A DNA stretch of 64,000 nt from the NCBI RefSeq assembly GCF_020745735.1, contig NW_026867529.1:1-64000 (forward strand), written 5' to 3'. Position 1 is the first letter of the stretch. Every line of letters starts with the position of its first letter. The notes under the pieces are model-generated. The model did no database searches. It was given only the letters and a program-made list of their open reading frames with translations, and was not told the DNA's origin. This stretch comes from Hemiscyllium ocellatum. Taxonomy: Eukaryota. The translations under genes were made by a program, and so were the position numbers. Shown piece after piece: positions 36,778 to 49,419 of the stretch.

Positions 36778-38050
36778 GTTATATAGGGAGAGGCTGAATA
36801 GGTTGGGGTTGATTTCTCTGGAGGGTTGGAGGCTGAGGGGTGACTTTATAAAGGTTTACAAAATCATCAGAGGCATGGATATGGTGAATAGACAAGGTCT
36901 TTTCCCTGAGGTGGGTGGAGTCTCATCTAAACTGTGAGTATAGGTTTAGAGTGAGAGGGGAAAAAGTTGAAAGTACCTACGGAGTAACTTTTTCATGCTG
37001 AGGATGGTGTATATGGAATGAACTGCCAGAGGAAGCGGTGGAGGCTGGTGCAATTTCAACATTTAAAAGGCATCTGAGTGTGTATAAGAATAGGAAGGGT
37101 TTAGAGGGATATGGACCAAGTACTGCCAAATGGGACGAGATTAGTTTAGGATAACATGGGCAAGTGTGATTGAAAGATCTGTTTCCAAGTTGTACATCTC
37201 TATGACTCTATGATCTACCCCTTTGCTCTTAATGTACTAGTCGAATCTCTTTGGATTATCTTTAACATTATCTCCCAAGGCTATCTCATTTTCCTTTCTT
37301 GCCCTCCTCATTTCCCTCTTTCGAATGTCCCTGCACCTCTTGTACTCTTCGAGATTCACTTGATCTCATTTATCTATATCTAATATATGATTCATTCTTA
37401 CTCTGAACTAGAGCCTCAATATCTTTATTCCTCCAGTGTTCCCTCTTCTTACCAGCCATACCTTCACACTAACAGGAACATCACGCCTCCGAACTCTCGT
37501 TATCTCACTTCTGAAAGCTTCACTCTTGCCGGCCGTCCCTTGAGCTGCAAACAGTCTACTCTAATCAACTCTTGAAATATTTTGTCTCATACTATCAAAA
37601 TTTGCCCTAGTTCAATTAAGAACTTTAACTTATATATAATGCCAATCCTTTCCATAGATATTTTAAACTAATCGAATTATGACCCCAGCCCCAAAAAGCT
37701 CCGCTACTAACCATTCAGTCACTTGCCCTGCCTTTTATCACAAGAGTAGGTCAGGTTTGCTCCTTCTGTGAGAGTTACATCTGTATATTAATGAAGAAAA
37801 TTGACTTTAGCACTTACCAAATTCCTCTCCATCCAAGCTCTTAAGACCATGGCTGTCCCACTTTATGTTTGGAAGGTTAAAATTTGTGATTATTACAATC
37901 CTATTATTCTTACGTATAAATAAGATCTCTCCACATATTTGTTACTCAATTTCACTCTGACTACTGGGGGGACTATTACAATTGCATCAAAATAATCATG
38001 CCCTTCTTATTTATGAGTTCCATCCACACAGCTTCACTGGACCATCCCTC
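36778..38050. mobile_element. Old CR1 remnants (plus-strand 3' end about 36778-37210, minus-strand remnant beyond)
   Basis: RLRGDFIKVYKII-like segment and CTATGA tail. Confidence 0.55.
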
Positions 38051-39925
38051 AGAAATACCTTGTGGTAGAACAGCAGTAATGTTTCACCACAAGAAAAATT
38101 GACTCCAATCTCCTTCTAGCTCTTCCTACTTCTGCCGTACCTTTGATGGTGGGAGGGGCTTTGAACATAAATTATTCAATTCACTGGTGATAGTTAGTAG
38201 CTGAAAATAAAGATACTATGGGGGACTTGGGTGATGGGAAATAAAAGGTTACATTGTGTGGAAGGAAAATTCTGGATATAAACAAGAATTTTAAAAAACG
38301 AACTCCATTCCCAGGTCTTGCCTACACCGCTGTACCTCCAGAGTACTTTCCTTTTATTTTGATGAGTTCAAGTTAATCTCACCCACTGTTTTGTACTTGC
38401 CAACCATTTGTTAACGGGTGTTTGCTGTTTCAGAATGTAGGTTGCCTTATTGTGTACGATCTCAGAGTTCAGTGTTTGGAGTCCTTGTTGTTCCAACCTG
38501 TGCTTTGGTCTCTAATGCAAAATAACAGAAAAATATTAATAGCAATTTAAGGTAAAATGTTAGGATATTGGAAGAACAGCATAGAGCATCAAGTTTGACA
38601 GAGGGGTTGTGGGAAAGGACGTGGAAAGCAGCAGGGTTTCCAGAACTTCTGATCTCTGCCTTCTCTGATCGAAATCAACCTGTGATTGATCATTTTTGAG
38701 GATTGTTATTCATTAATATCGGTGTGTCAGATAGATCTCCGTCTCAGGGAGGGGTGATGTACTTCTTTGTTTTGTGATGACCTCAGGGGAACATACAACA
38801 GTAAGGGGGTAAACCCAAAGGGGGTGAAGGAGCAGAGGATCCTCCGTGTGTATGTACACAAATCAGGAAATGGACCATGACACGTGGACAGAAGAGCAAA
38901 TAAACCCTACTTCATCAATAACACCGCAGAGAACAAACACAAAGCAATTATGTTACACTGAAATCAAACAGTCTCTTGTCTCACCTGGAATATTGCATCT
39001 AGTTTCAGGTGCCACATTTTTGACAAAATGCGAAGATATGAGATTGGGTGCGTGACTGATTCACAACACTATTCCCGGGATGATACACCTCACCAACTCT
39101 GAGAAATTGAGAATGTTCTCCTCTGCTGATAGTTCCCAGACTCTGTGAACAGTTGCTATGATTGGTTCTCAATTCCATCTTGCGTCATATAGATCCCAAT
39201 GGCTGAATATTTCAGGGACTCATGATCTCTGCCTTGCCTGATCAACATCGACCTCTGATTTAATATTTTTGAGGGTTGCTGTTCAGTAATATCCCTGTAT
39301 CAGATAGATCTTAGTCTCATTTCCTGGGATTTGACAGGTGTGGTGTGTCAAATAGATCCCAGGAATTCTGCTCCATGAGATTTATGTGTGAGAAAATCTC
39401 CAGTTCTGAGAATCCGCCCTTGGATTGTGCACGTGTTGTTGTCTGACTACCTGACTGAACGTTGACATTTTTGGCTGATGAATGTTTTGTTAGGCGTTTT
39501 AGGTGGTGAGTTATGCATTACTAACCCAGGCTGTCCGGACATTGGGAGTACATGTAGTTTAGACGGTGTAGAGTAAACTTTCAAACTCCTTTGCCTGCCT
39601 TTCATAGGCTTCTGGTGGAGCAAAGCTCCTAATTTGTATCATTACGTGACCCGAGGCCGTGACCCTTGGTGCATAAGAGGAAATGTTCTCTAATCATTCT
39701 GCCTCTGGAGTGTTCCATCAGGCATATCGTGTGAAAGATGTATTTACATTAGTGGGCGGCATGGCAGCGCAACATTAAACTAAATGACTGGATGAAACAC
39801 AACCAAACAGAACAAGTGAAAGTATTTGGCTGGGAAAGGAGTAGGATGTGGGAAAATGTATGATTACTGACTGGCCTTGAAGAAAGAATGAAGCAAACTC
39901 AAGGTTACTGCATATTCATTCGAGA

Positions 39926-39931
39926 TTTATT
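39926..39931 (-). terminator. Candidate membrane-form poly(A) signal
   Basis: AATAAA about 430 bp 3' of the TM2 stop, followed by a T-rich tract. Confidence 0.5.
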
Positions 39932-40360
39932 AACCATTTCAGAAAGCATTTTTATCCAAAAAGTTGATGTAAAAGCTAACAGAAGTGAATATAATGGCTG
40001 GTTGCCACATTGAGACGAGAACACATGCGCTGTGAGGTGGGAATTTTCTGTACATCAGTAACAGTCACAAGAAAGGGAATACAAAGGCTCATCAGAAAGG
40101 GTAGGCAACCATTCTGAGTAAGGAACAAATAAAAACAAAACAAATGGGCTTCAAACAACAGGGAAGCTACAAATTCTTCCAACCACAACCATCTCAAAGA
40201 TATCAAAGTAAAAACAAAAATCCATCAATAATTGTCTCAGTTACACACTGGTAAACTGAAGTGATCTCACTGTTAGAGTCAGCAACAGGACAGATTGTAG
40301 ATTGGGAATTCAGAGACCTTGATAAGCAGATCAGGAAAATCAAAGGAGTCCACAATTCAT

Positions 40361-40369
40361 TCACTTAAC
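40361..40369 (-). CDS. IGHM: IgM TM2 exon coding part (VK*)
   Basis: ctcttttccAG|GTT AAG TGA, 139 bp after the TM1 donor; completes the KVK cytoplasmic tail. Confidence 0.88.
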   Translation of the reverse strand, partial: VK

Positions 40370-40508
40370 CTGGAAAAGAGAGATAAAGCAATGACGCAGA
40401 TATTTATGATCAGGGACTTTCAGATTTAATGTTTATTCAATGGCACACTTAGAGATTTCACAAAACATATTGGGCTGCTTGGCGTGAGAAAGATGTGATT
40501 ATTCTCAC

Positions 40509-40633
40509 CTTCACCAGAGTGACGGCAGCGCTGTAGAAAATACTCAGGAAGAACAAGGTGATGAACGTGGAAGCAGTTGTCCAGATGTTGCTGTTATTGT
40601 CATAGTCTTCAATCCAAGTGCGATTTATTGAAT
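40509..40633 (-). CDS. IGHM: IgM TM1 exon
   Basis: Acceptor ttatattcatAG|AT, donor AAG|GTgaga, 125 bp (phase 1 to 0). DSINRTWIEDYDNNSNIWTTASTFITLFFLSIFYSAAVTLVK carries the conserved antigen-receptor TM motif. Confidence 0.95.
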
Positions 40634-41099
40634 CTATGAATATAAAGACGAGAGAACGCATTTAGATCGTTTATTGATCCAGATCGATCTATGTGCATCC
40701 AAGTCATGTAATTAGAGACCATTACATCTTCATAAAGCAGTCAGGTATTTCTCAAGTGTGACTCTTATCTGTATCCATCAGTGCATTATTGACTCTCAGC
40801 AAGAAATTACAAATACTAATTGCACATGTTCTTTCGTCATTGTCCATGTCAGAACGTTTTAAATTATTTTTCTTTTAATCTATTATTTAAGGATATTATT
40901 ATTTGAGGAATGCTTATTACGAATGATTATTTTAATTATATCATTATATTTTAAATGTAGGCTGTGACAGCACTTTAGTTGAAAATTGTGGCCATCACTG
41001 AATAAAAGTTCAAATGTGATTCTCACCTTTATGTATTGGTGACCAATTGCTTGGCAAATCGTGAATATAAGTGACATCACAGTCAGGACATTGTTTCAT

Positions 41100-42250
41100 A
41101 TTTTTGTTTGTAGGATCTGTATATTTAGGAATAAGTTTTTGTACATGTGTCCCTTAATTTATTTGACCTACTGCTTGGTGTGTTTGGTTTCCCTTTAATG
41201 TTTGTGTATGTGGTTATGAGAGTCTCTTACTTCACTCTTGCCCATGTTGGAGTCTGTGCATGAATAAACATATTCCTGTTCCTTTACTGCTGGGGTGCTC
41301 ATGTGTTTGTGCTCCGAAATTTTGGTCTTTTCACATTGTGTAAGCATCATCATGCTAATATGCCATTTTGTTGCTGCCTATGCTTATCTTGTAATGTCTT
41401 TGTGAGTGTTCACTTTTCATGAGTGCTATCTAAAATGTGCACTTATGTGTCTGTTTCAGGTCCTTAATGTTTATGCTTAATAAATGTTAGCATGCAATGT
41501 TATGTTTTGATGGATGTTTATATTTATATGATGATGTTTGCTTGTGTGGCAATCTTTCCCAAACCATCTCCTGAGAAGCTTGTTTGTGTTACTGTGTGTG
41601 GATGCTTGCTGATGCTTGTGCCCATTATCCTTATTTAATAAACGCCCCTCTATTTGTTGATCTATGCACTTGTGTGTCTGCATGTGAGACTCTGAATTTG
41701 TGTGTACGTGTGACATTGTATACATGCTGATCAATGTGGTTTAAAAATAACTAATTAAGCTGCCTCTGTCATCGTATGTTTGTGATTCTGAAATTGGGGA
41801 AATAATGATATTAATATTTATCTCTGTGCACTTACGTGCCTGTATGAGTTGACATGTGGGAGGACATTTTTCGGAATTTGTATCTGTGTGTTCATGCGTG
41901 TATGTCTGTACGCATTGTGCTGTATGAATGTATATGTATTCATGCCCATTTGTGTGTTACCGTGTGTCTATATTTCTCATGGTTATGTGTGAGTACCCCT
42001 GTTCATTTGTGCAAATAATTTTCTTTCGGTGTAAGTGAGTTTTTGTATGAGCTTAGGTGAGTGTTCAAGTACCACTTGCATGTGTGGCTCTGTGCGAGTA
42101 TGCGTGTGTGACATCTTATCTATATGCACATTTGAGTGTGCACATAAATATGTGTCTTGAGGTGAGAGCCCATATATGTGTCATTACATGTGTATTTGCG
42201 ATCATCTCTCTGTATCTGTTCTTATACCAGACTGCAATTTTTATTATTCT
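41100..42250. repeat. Degenerate TG/TGTA-rich low-complexity tract
   Basis: Dense tgtgt, tatgt and gtgtat words with no long ORF. Confidence 0.7.
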
Positions 42251-42509
42251 AATTTATTGTTCTAATTTTAATGGATTGCCCATAATTAGATTTGACCTTG
42301 GTGTTGTAGGAAACATTTCCCATCATCGTGGAGAGATAAGCGTTTTATGAGCAACTCTTCTGTTGCAGTGATAGAATTTCTGTCTCTGAGAGAAAAGGCG
42401 TGAGTTCAAATCCCCACTGCCCCAGAGATAACATTTCTGAATATGTTTATTAGAAAATGTCTACTTGTGTTCTGTATGTGAAACAAAATGATATCAGGTA
42501 TTCGAATAA

Positions 42510-45010
42510 CAGTAGAGGAAAGTATTGCGAGGATGATTCAGGAGAAGAGTGAAAGTAACAGGGTGGTTGTTATGGGGGACTTTAACATCCCAGATATTGA
42601 CTGGGAAAGCTATAGCTCGAGTTCGTTAGATGGGTCGGTGTTTGTCCAATGTGTGGAGGAGGGTTTCCTGACACAATATGTAGACAGGCCAACAAGAGGT
42701 GAGGCCATACTGGATTTGGTTCTAGGTAATGAACCAGGCCAGGTGTTAGACTTGGACGTAGGTGAGCACTTCGGGGACAGTGACCACAACTCGGTGACTT
42801 TTACTTTAGTGATGGAGAGGATAAGTGTGCACTGCAGGGCAAGAGTTATAGCTGGGGGCAGGGAAATTATGATGAGGTGAGGCATGACTTAGGATGCGTG
42901 GATTGGAAAAATAGGCTTCAAGAGAAGAACACAAATGATATGTGGAGATTGTTCAAAGAACAGCTATTGGGTGTCCTGGATAAGTATGTACCAGTCCGGC
43001 AGGGAGTAAAGGGTCTTGTGAGGGAGCCGTGGTTTAATAAGGAATTGGAATCCCTTGTGAAAGGGAAGAGGGCGGCCTATGTAAAGATGAGGCGTGAAGG
43101 TTCAGTTGGGGCGATAGAGAGTTATAAGGTAGCCAGGAAGGATCTAAAGAGAGAGCTAAGAGCAGCGAGAAGGGGACATGAAAAGTCCTTAGTTGGTAGG
43201 ATTAGGGAAAACCCAAAGGCTTTCTATAGGTATGTCATGAATAAAAGGATGACTAGGGTAGGTATCGGTCCAGTCAAGGATAGTAGTGGGAAGTTGTGCG
43301 TGGAGGCGGAGGAGATTGGAGAGACACTAAATCAATACTTTTCGTCAGTATTCACTCAGGAACAGGACACTATTGCTGATGTGAATACTGAGTCACAAGT
43401 GATTAGAATGGATGGCCTTGAGGTATGTAGGGAAGAGGTCTGGGGAATACTGGAAAGGATGAAAATAGATAAGTCCCTTGGGCCTGATGGCATTTATCCT
43501 AGTATCCTCTGGGAAGCTACGGAGGAGATAGCAGAGCCATTGGCCTTGATTTTTATGTCGTCATTGTCTACGGGAATAGTGCCAGAAGACTGGAGGATAG
43601 CGAATGTGGTCCCCTTGTTCAAGAAGGGGAGTAGGGATAGCCCGAGTAACTATAGGCCAGTGAGTCTCACTTCTGTTGTGGGCAAAGTCTTAGAGAGAAT
43701 TGTAAGTGATAGGATTTATGAACATCTGGATAGGAATAACGTGATCAAGGATAGTCAGCATGGTTTTGTGAAGGGCAGGTCGTGCCTCACAAACCTTATT
43801 GAGTTCTTTGAGAAGGTGACTAAGGAGGTGGACGAGGGTAAAGCAGTAGATGTGGTGTATATGGATTTTAGCAAGGCGTTCGATAAGGTACCCCATGGTA
43901 GGCTACTGCAAAAACTACGGAGGTATGGCATTGAGGGTGCATTAGAGGTTTGGATTAGGAATTGGCTGGCTGGAAGGAGACAGAGGGTAGTAGTTGATGG
44001 TATAGGTTCATCTTGGAGTGCAGTTACTAGCGGTGTTCCACAAGGATCTGTTTTGGGACCATTGCTGTTTGTCATCTTTATAAATGATCTAGAGGAGGGG
44101 CTTGAAAGCTGGGTGAGCAAGTTTGCGGATGACACGAAAGTCGGTGGTGTTGTGGACAGCAAAGAAGGATGTGGCAGGTTACAGCGGGATATAGATAAGT
44201 TGCAGAGCTGGGCAGAAAGGTGGCAAATGGAGTTCAATGTAGCTAAATGTGAAGTCATTCACTTTGGTAGGAGTAACAAGAAGATGGATTACTGGGCTAA
44301 TGGTAGGCTACTTGGTAGTGTGGATGAGCAGAGGGATCTTGGTGTCCATATACACAGATCTCTGAAAGTTGCCACCCAGGTAAATAGAGCTGTGAAGAAG
44401 GCATATGGTGTACTGGGCTTTATTGGTAGAGGAATTGAGTTCCAGAGTCCTGAGGTCATGTTGCAGTTGTATAAGACTCTGGTGCGGCCTCATCTGGAGT
44501 ATTGTGTGCAGTTTTGGTCGCCATACTGTAGGAAGGATGTGGAGGCATTGGAACGAGTGCAGAGGAGGTTTACCAGGATGTTGCCTGGCATGGTAGGAAG
44601 ATCTTATGAGGAAAGGCTGAGGCACTTGAGGCTGTTCTCATTGGAGAAAAGAAGGTTTAGGGGAGATTTGATAGAGGTGTACAAGATGATTAGGGGTTTA
44701 GATAGGGTAGACACTGAGAACCTTTTTCTGTTAATGGAGTCAGCTGTCACTAGGGGACACAGTTTTAAATTAAGGGGTGGTAGGTATAGGACAGATGTTA
44801 GGGGTAGATACTTTACTCAGCGGATTGTGAGTTCATGGAATGCCCTGCCAGTAGCAGTGGTGAACTCTCCCTCTTTATGGTCATTTAAGAGGGCATTGGA
44901 TAAGCATATGGAGGTTATTGGGCTAATGTAGGTTAGGTAGGCTTTGGTTGGCGCAACATCGAGGGCCGAAGGGCCTGTACTGCGCTGTATTTTTCTATGT
45001 TCTATGTTCT
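42510..45010 (+). mobile_element. Young CR1 LINE, near-complete ORF2, antisense in the CH4-TM1 intron
   Basis: Endonuclease part (VMGDFN, LDLVL, DSDH) plus 684-aa ORF 42877-44931 with intact RT motifs; one frameshift at GG 42819-42820; (TTCTATG)n tail. Confidence 0.96.
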
Positions 45011-45842
45011 AATTGATCCCATGTGCTCCAGAAAACTGAGACAAAACTATGGAATTCAAACCGGGACGATGCAAACACCAGTTTTGGATTATGGGAATCG
45101 ATGTTAATCATTTGTTAACAGAGCCAAGCGTGTCCAACATGTTTCAAAGGTATTATTTTGCATGGAAATGTTCAATCTTTGGACAGTAAGCAAGAAGCTG
45201 ACTGTTCCTGTTAGTAACTAGGTTACATTACTGAGGACATCTACCATGAAAACTCTGCACAGGGAGCAAGAGGACAGACCATTCATCGTTCCCCTCCCCT
45301 CTGCTCCACGGCAACTTATCTGTCGATTCTCTTTGGTGTGAAAGTGAAGATACATTCTGTCAACTCATGCACTGGCGCAAGATCCCTGGCAGTCCCCCAC
45401 AAACAAAGGTTACATTCAAACTGTTCTGAACTCTTTACTATTGGTATGTTCCAATCAAATTTAATTTCAAATTGTATTAAATTTACATTTCCAATTGGTG
45501 CAATGTGGCAGTTGAAAACTGACATGAATTTTGTAAGAATGTCCAATGGGGGGAATCAAGAACACCAAGTTCAAACCTCGTGCTCTACCCTTGACATAAA
45601 ATGGACAGTGTCAGATTTTGTCACAGAGGGACTAAAGATGGATAAGGGACTTGGCGGAATCCTGCAATGAGTGAGCTTTACTCTGTCTCTGACCCAGGGT
45701 GTATCTGAGCAGAGAACATTAACTGCACAAGACACTTGTCCTAGACCTGTTAATAACCCACTTTAACTACACCGATGTAATGTAAGTCAGAGTGAGAAAC
45801 AACTAATTCAGTATTTACCTCACAACTGGAGGGAAAAGAAAC

Positions 45843-45889
45843 TTTATTACTTCTGTTGAATTATTAAATGCAACTTTGAGATTTTTATT
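45843..45889 (-). terminator. Secretory-form polyadenylation signals
   Basis: AATAAA at 45884-45889 (overlapping the stop) and at 45843-45848, followed by a T/GT-rich tract on the minus strand. Confidence 0.7.
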
Positions 45890-46277
45890 GACATGAATTA
45901 ACAGTGTCCATCAGTGCAAGTGAAATGTTTACGAAACTCGGTTTACCGCTGGATTTATCGACTGTTCTGTTGATGATCTTCAATGGAATCGCTTCATGTC
46001 CCACCACACAGGAGTAAGAAGCACCGCTGGCCCACTCCTCCGCTGTAATGGATAACAGGCTGTAGATGAAGAAGGAGGTGTTGTCACTCTCCGCCATCAC
46101 CTCGGTGTTCTTGTAGTTACTGGGATTCACCTGCTTGTCATTGTTTGTCCACTTGACGAAGATCTCTCGGGGGGGAGAAACCTCTCACTAAACAGGTGAG
46201 GGAGAGAAACCTCTGAGCGGAGATTTCTTCTGTTGGTGGCAGGAGGACCGACACTGATGGCTCCAGCGGATTAATCA
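45885..46277 (-). CDS. IGHM: IgM CH4 exon plus secretory tailpiece, one extra base as assembled
   Basis: Acceptor attctgcAG|[38 protein letters not shown], then a C7 run (46169-46175) where C6 keeps frame, REIFVKW...[43 protein letters not shown]. Internal donor AGCG|GTaaac at 45947/45946 for the membrane form. Confidence 0.93.
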
Positions 46278-46732
46278 CTGCAGAATATTTGAGACAAATA
46301 TAAATCAACCAAAAACATCCTGAACCAATATCACAATTACACTAAATATTAAAATACGCCATTTTAAATTTGGGATTTATTCACTTTCATTTTCTAAAGG
46401 AGCAGTATGGTACACATTCTGTTCAGTAAAAAAAGTAAAGTTTAATGTGAAAGTTGCCTCCATGTTTCCAGCCCACAACAAGGGCATTCTGTCCAACTGT
46501 CATTGCTGATGGTGACATCACAACCCAGGTTACTTCCCACCTTATCTGACTTAATCAGAATACAATATCCTTTGGTCCATCTTTTTCTTAATCAGCTACT
46601 TAGTTATCCTGCCTTCAGATGCATCATTAATGCTCCCAACGGTGTTTGTTCATTACCAATCAAAGCCTGCCATTGATGTAACTGGATGTGGATTACACAT
46701 GGGATGCTTTGTGTTTTAATCTCACCGCTCAC

Positions 46733-47041
46733 CTTTCTCCTTGTGGATGGAGTCTCTCAGCGGAGTCGGTAGATTCTGATGGTACACCACACATTCAAAA
46801 GTAACGCCACTCAGCCAGGCTTCAGTAGAAATGTCTAATTTGCTGATCACGCTGTCGGGATTCTGTCCAGGCTGGTCAGCAATCTCGGATTTCAGAGGCT
46901 TCTTTTCTTGTTTCCAGGTCACGTTGACTCCAGAAGGAAGATTGGACACAACGCAGGTTAACGTCACCGTCGCCTCCAGTAAGACTTGTTCTACTGGCGG
47001 TGGGAGGATTTTAACGGTGTTAGGGTGGCACTCGGTATCTT
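46733..47041 (-). CDS. IGHM: IgM CH3 exon (intact)
   Basis: Acceptor tttgtttcatAG|AA, donor AAAG|GTgagc, 309 bp. [45 protein letters not shown]...[22 protein letters not shown]. Confidence 0.95.
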
Positions 47042-48264
47042 CTATGAAACAAAAATCAAAGTCAATGAAAAATGCCCCTTTATGATACAAACACCCAATC
47101 TTCAGATTACTTCTTCACAGGGTGAAGACACCACCTTCAAAATGGCAACTCCAACCATTGCTGAAACGATGCTTACTGTTGTTGATGTATTTTGATTTGT
47201 GAAAGCATTTGTGATTACCTATGACATACCCTGTGTCATTATTCCTAAAGAACACTGACTTTGTAACAAGTGACACCTGTGAAAAAAGGTAAAATCATCG
47301 AAGATACCATTATGTAACCCATGGAATTACCTTTCTTTCAGAGTTTGTCTCTCACTTAAGACCATCTATTGATACTTGGGACAAGAATAATCTGAATATA
47401 ATGAGTTGAATTCCATGTTCATAACCCTTAGGTGCAAGTGCTGCTGGTCACGCTGACTGCCAAATCACAGCTCAAATTTCGGACAAATTATAATAAATAA
47501 TAATTATTCTCTTTGCAGAGTTCTAAAGTATTACAGGAGCGGTGAATATCCATGGAAATTCTGTTCATTATATTTAACGTGATCAAAAATACTTTGCGTT
47601 ATTGGTGTGATGTCATTCTCTAATTTATGTCATTGTTCCTCGTGGGCTGAGTTTGGAGTAGATCTGAAAACAAGACACTGAGTACAGCATTGGATATTGA
47701 GAAGGACACCCATCTCCTTAAGTCTTTCCCTCCATTCAGTTCGTTCATGACTGGTTTGTACTTTCACTTTATTTACCAAGCTGCATTTTTTAATTTCTTC
47801 ATAGAGCAGGGGAGAAAAAAAAACAAACAAAAGCATCTTAAATTAATCTCCAAACATGATGGAAATGTACACTAATTTTAGAGACATCCACTACCCACTG
47901 TGTAAACATCACCACCCCAAACCAGGCTAAATCAGCCTGACTCGAGTTCCTCGTTCATTCATCCCTATTGTAGCATTCTTACCAGAATTTATTCTCCTCC
48001 CTCATGCACTACTTACAGAGAGCATCTTAAAGAAGCTCAGTGAGACCACGTTTATCCCAGTTCATCAAATGTGATACCCACTTGGTCTGTGGTCTGATCC
48101 CATAAATGAAGTTAAAGAGCTCAGTACCAGATAAAAATCGATGTCGTACAATGTCCAAGGCCAACAGGTCATTCCTGATCAGGAAATGAAGCATTGAACG
48201 CATTCTGATTTATTTTCAAGTAAGGGTCCCTGCTTATTTTAACCACGTCATTTTGAGACCACAT

Positions 48265-48690
48265 CATCATGAGATAGAGGATCAGAATAAGGCTGTTCGG
48301 CCAATCCAGAGTTTAGATCAGAATGATGCTGGAAAAGCACAGCAGGTCAGGCAGCATCCAACAAGCAGGAAAACCGACGTTTCGGACTAAAGCCATTCTA
48401 CTGTCTTCTCCCCACACTAAACAAGAGCCAAACTATCTCTGGCTTGAATATACACAATGGCCTGGTCTCCACAGCCCTCTGCAGCAACAAGTTCCACAGA
48501 TTCATCACCCTCTGGCTGAAGAAATTCCTCCCCATCTCAGTTCTAAACGATGCCCCTTTGACCCTGAGACTGTGCCCTTGGGTCCTAGTCTCGCCTACCA
48601 GTCAAAACATCTATTCCACGTTCACTCGACCTCAGTCTCTCAGTATTTTTTATGTTTCAATGAGATATCTCTCCAATATCGCCCCTCCAC
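48265..48690 (-). mobile_element. CR1 3' remnant with an inserted Penelope-terminus fragment (about 48306-48400)
   Basis: CR1 3' UTR-like sequence interrupted by GCTGGAAAAGCACAGCAGGTCAGGCAGCATCC...GACGTTTCGG. Confidence 0.6.
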
Positions 48691-49011
48691 CCCCAAACTT
48701 ATCCTTGAAGCCACTACCAGGCAAGGATTCAGCACTCTGAATGCCTCTCCAGCAAGGTCAGGCAACAAACTATTTAACAAAGCTCACTGTCTATATATCT
48801 ATCTTCAACAGAGAGGAAACATGCTTTTCTGACTTGCCAAAATGTTGAATTATGAGCAATGCTAATGTAACAATCAAACTGAAATGAGATACGTGACATG
48901 TTGGGAAACGAGAAGCTGGACCTTGCTGTTTACTACGCCTGATAAATTAGTGTGTTTGATTCACATCAGAGTTCAGAGTGATTTGTAGCTCTCTCAGTAT
49001 GTGTCTCTTAC

Positions 49012-49323
49012 CCTGGAGTGCGGTGATGTTTTTACTTTGAACGTTCTCTTCATGAGTGACCTGGCAGGTATAGACTGCGCTGTTGTACCATTCACCATAA
49101 GGGACCATCAGCCGACTCGTCACCGAGAAGTTCCCGTTCGCCTCACACACGGGAGACGTGAAGAAGCCAGAATCCAAGAGTCGGCCATTTTTCAACCAAC
49201 TCACGGAGATTGACTTCGGATGGAAATCGATGATTGAACAGACGACAGTTGCAAACTTGCTGCTTGCGATTTCTTCACTGGAGCTCACAGTTAGGAGAAG
49301 GGTTGGTGGGAGAGGACCTGTAC
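49012..49323 (-). CDS. IGHM: IgM CH2 exon (intact)
   Basis: Acceptor tttcctaaAG|GT, donor CAGG|GTaaga, 312 bp, phase 1-1. [47 protein letters not shown]...[20 protein letters not shown]. Confidence 0.95.
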
Positions 49324-49419
49324 CTTTAGGAAACACATCGCATAAATTATCTGATGAATTTCATAACAAATACAATCAGTTCTCATATATCAAGGTTTCT
49401 TGTGGTTAATGGACACAAG

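Noticed and set aside
38964-38984. Alternative TM2 exon (VRQETV*)
   Set aside because: Weak pyrimidine tract; the canonical VK* exon is present at 40361-40369.
43690-44625. Minus-strand ORFs within the CR1
   Set aside because: Antisense shadows of ORF2, repeated in every CR1 copy.
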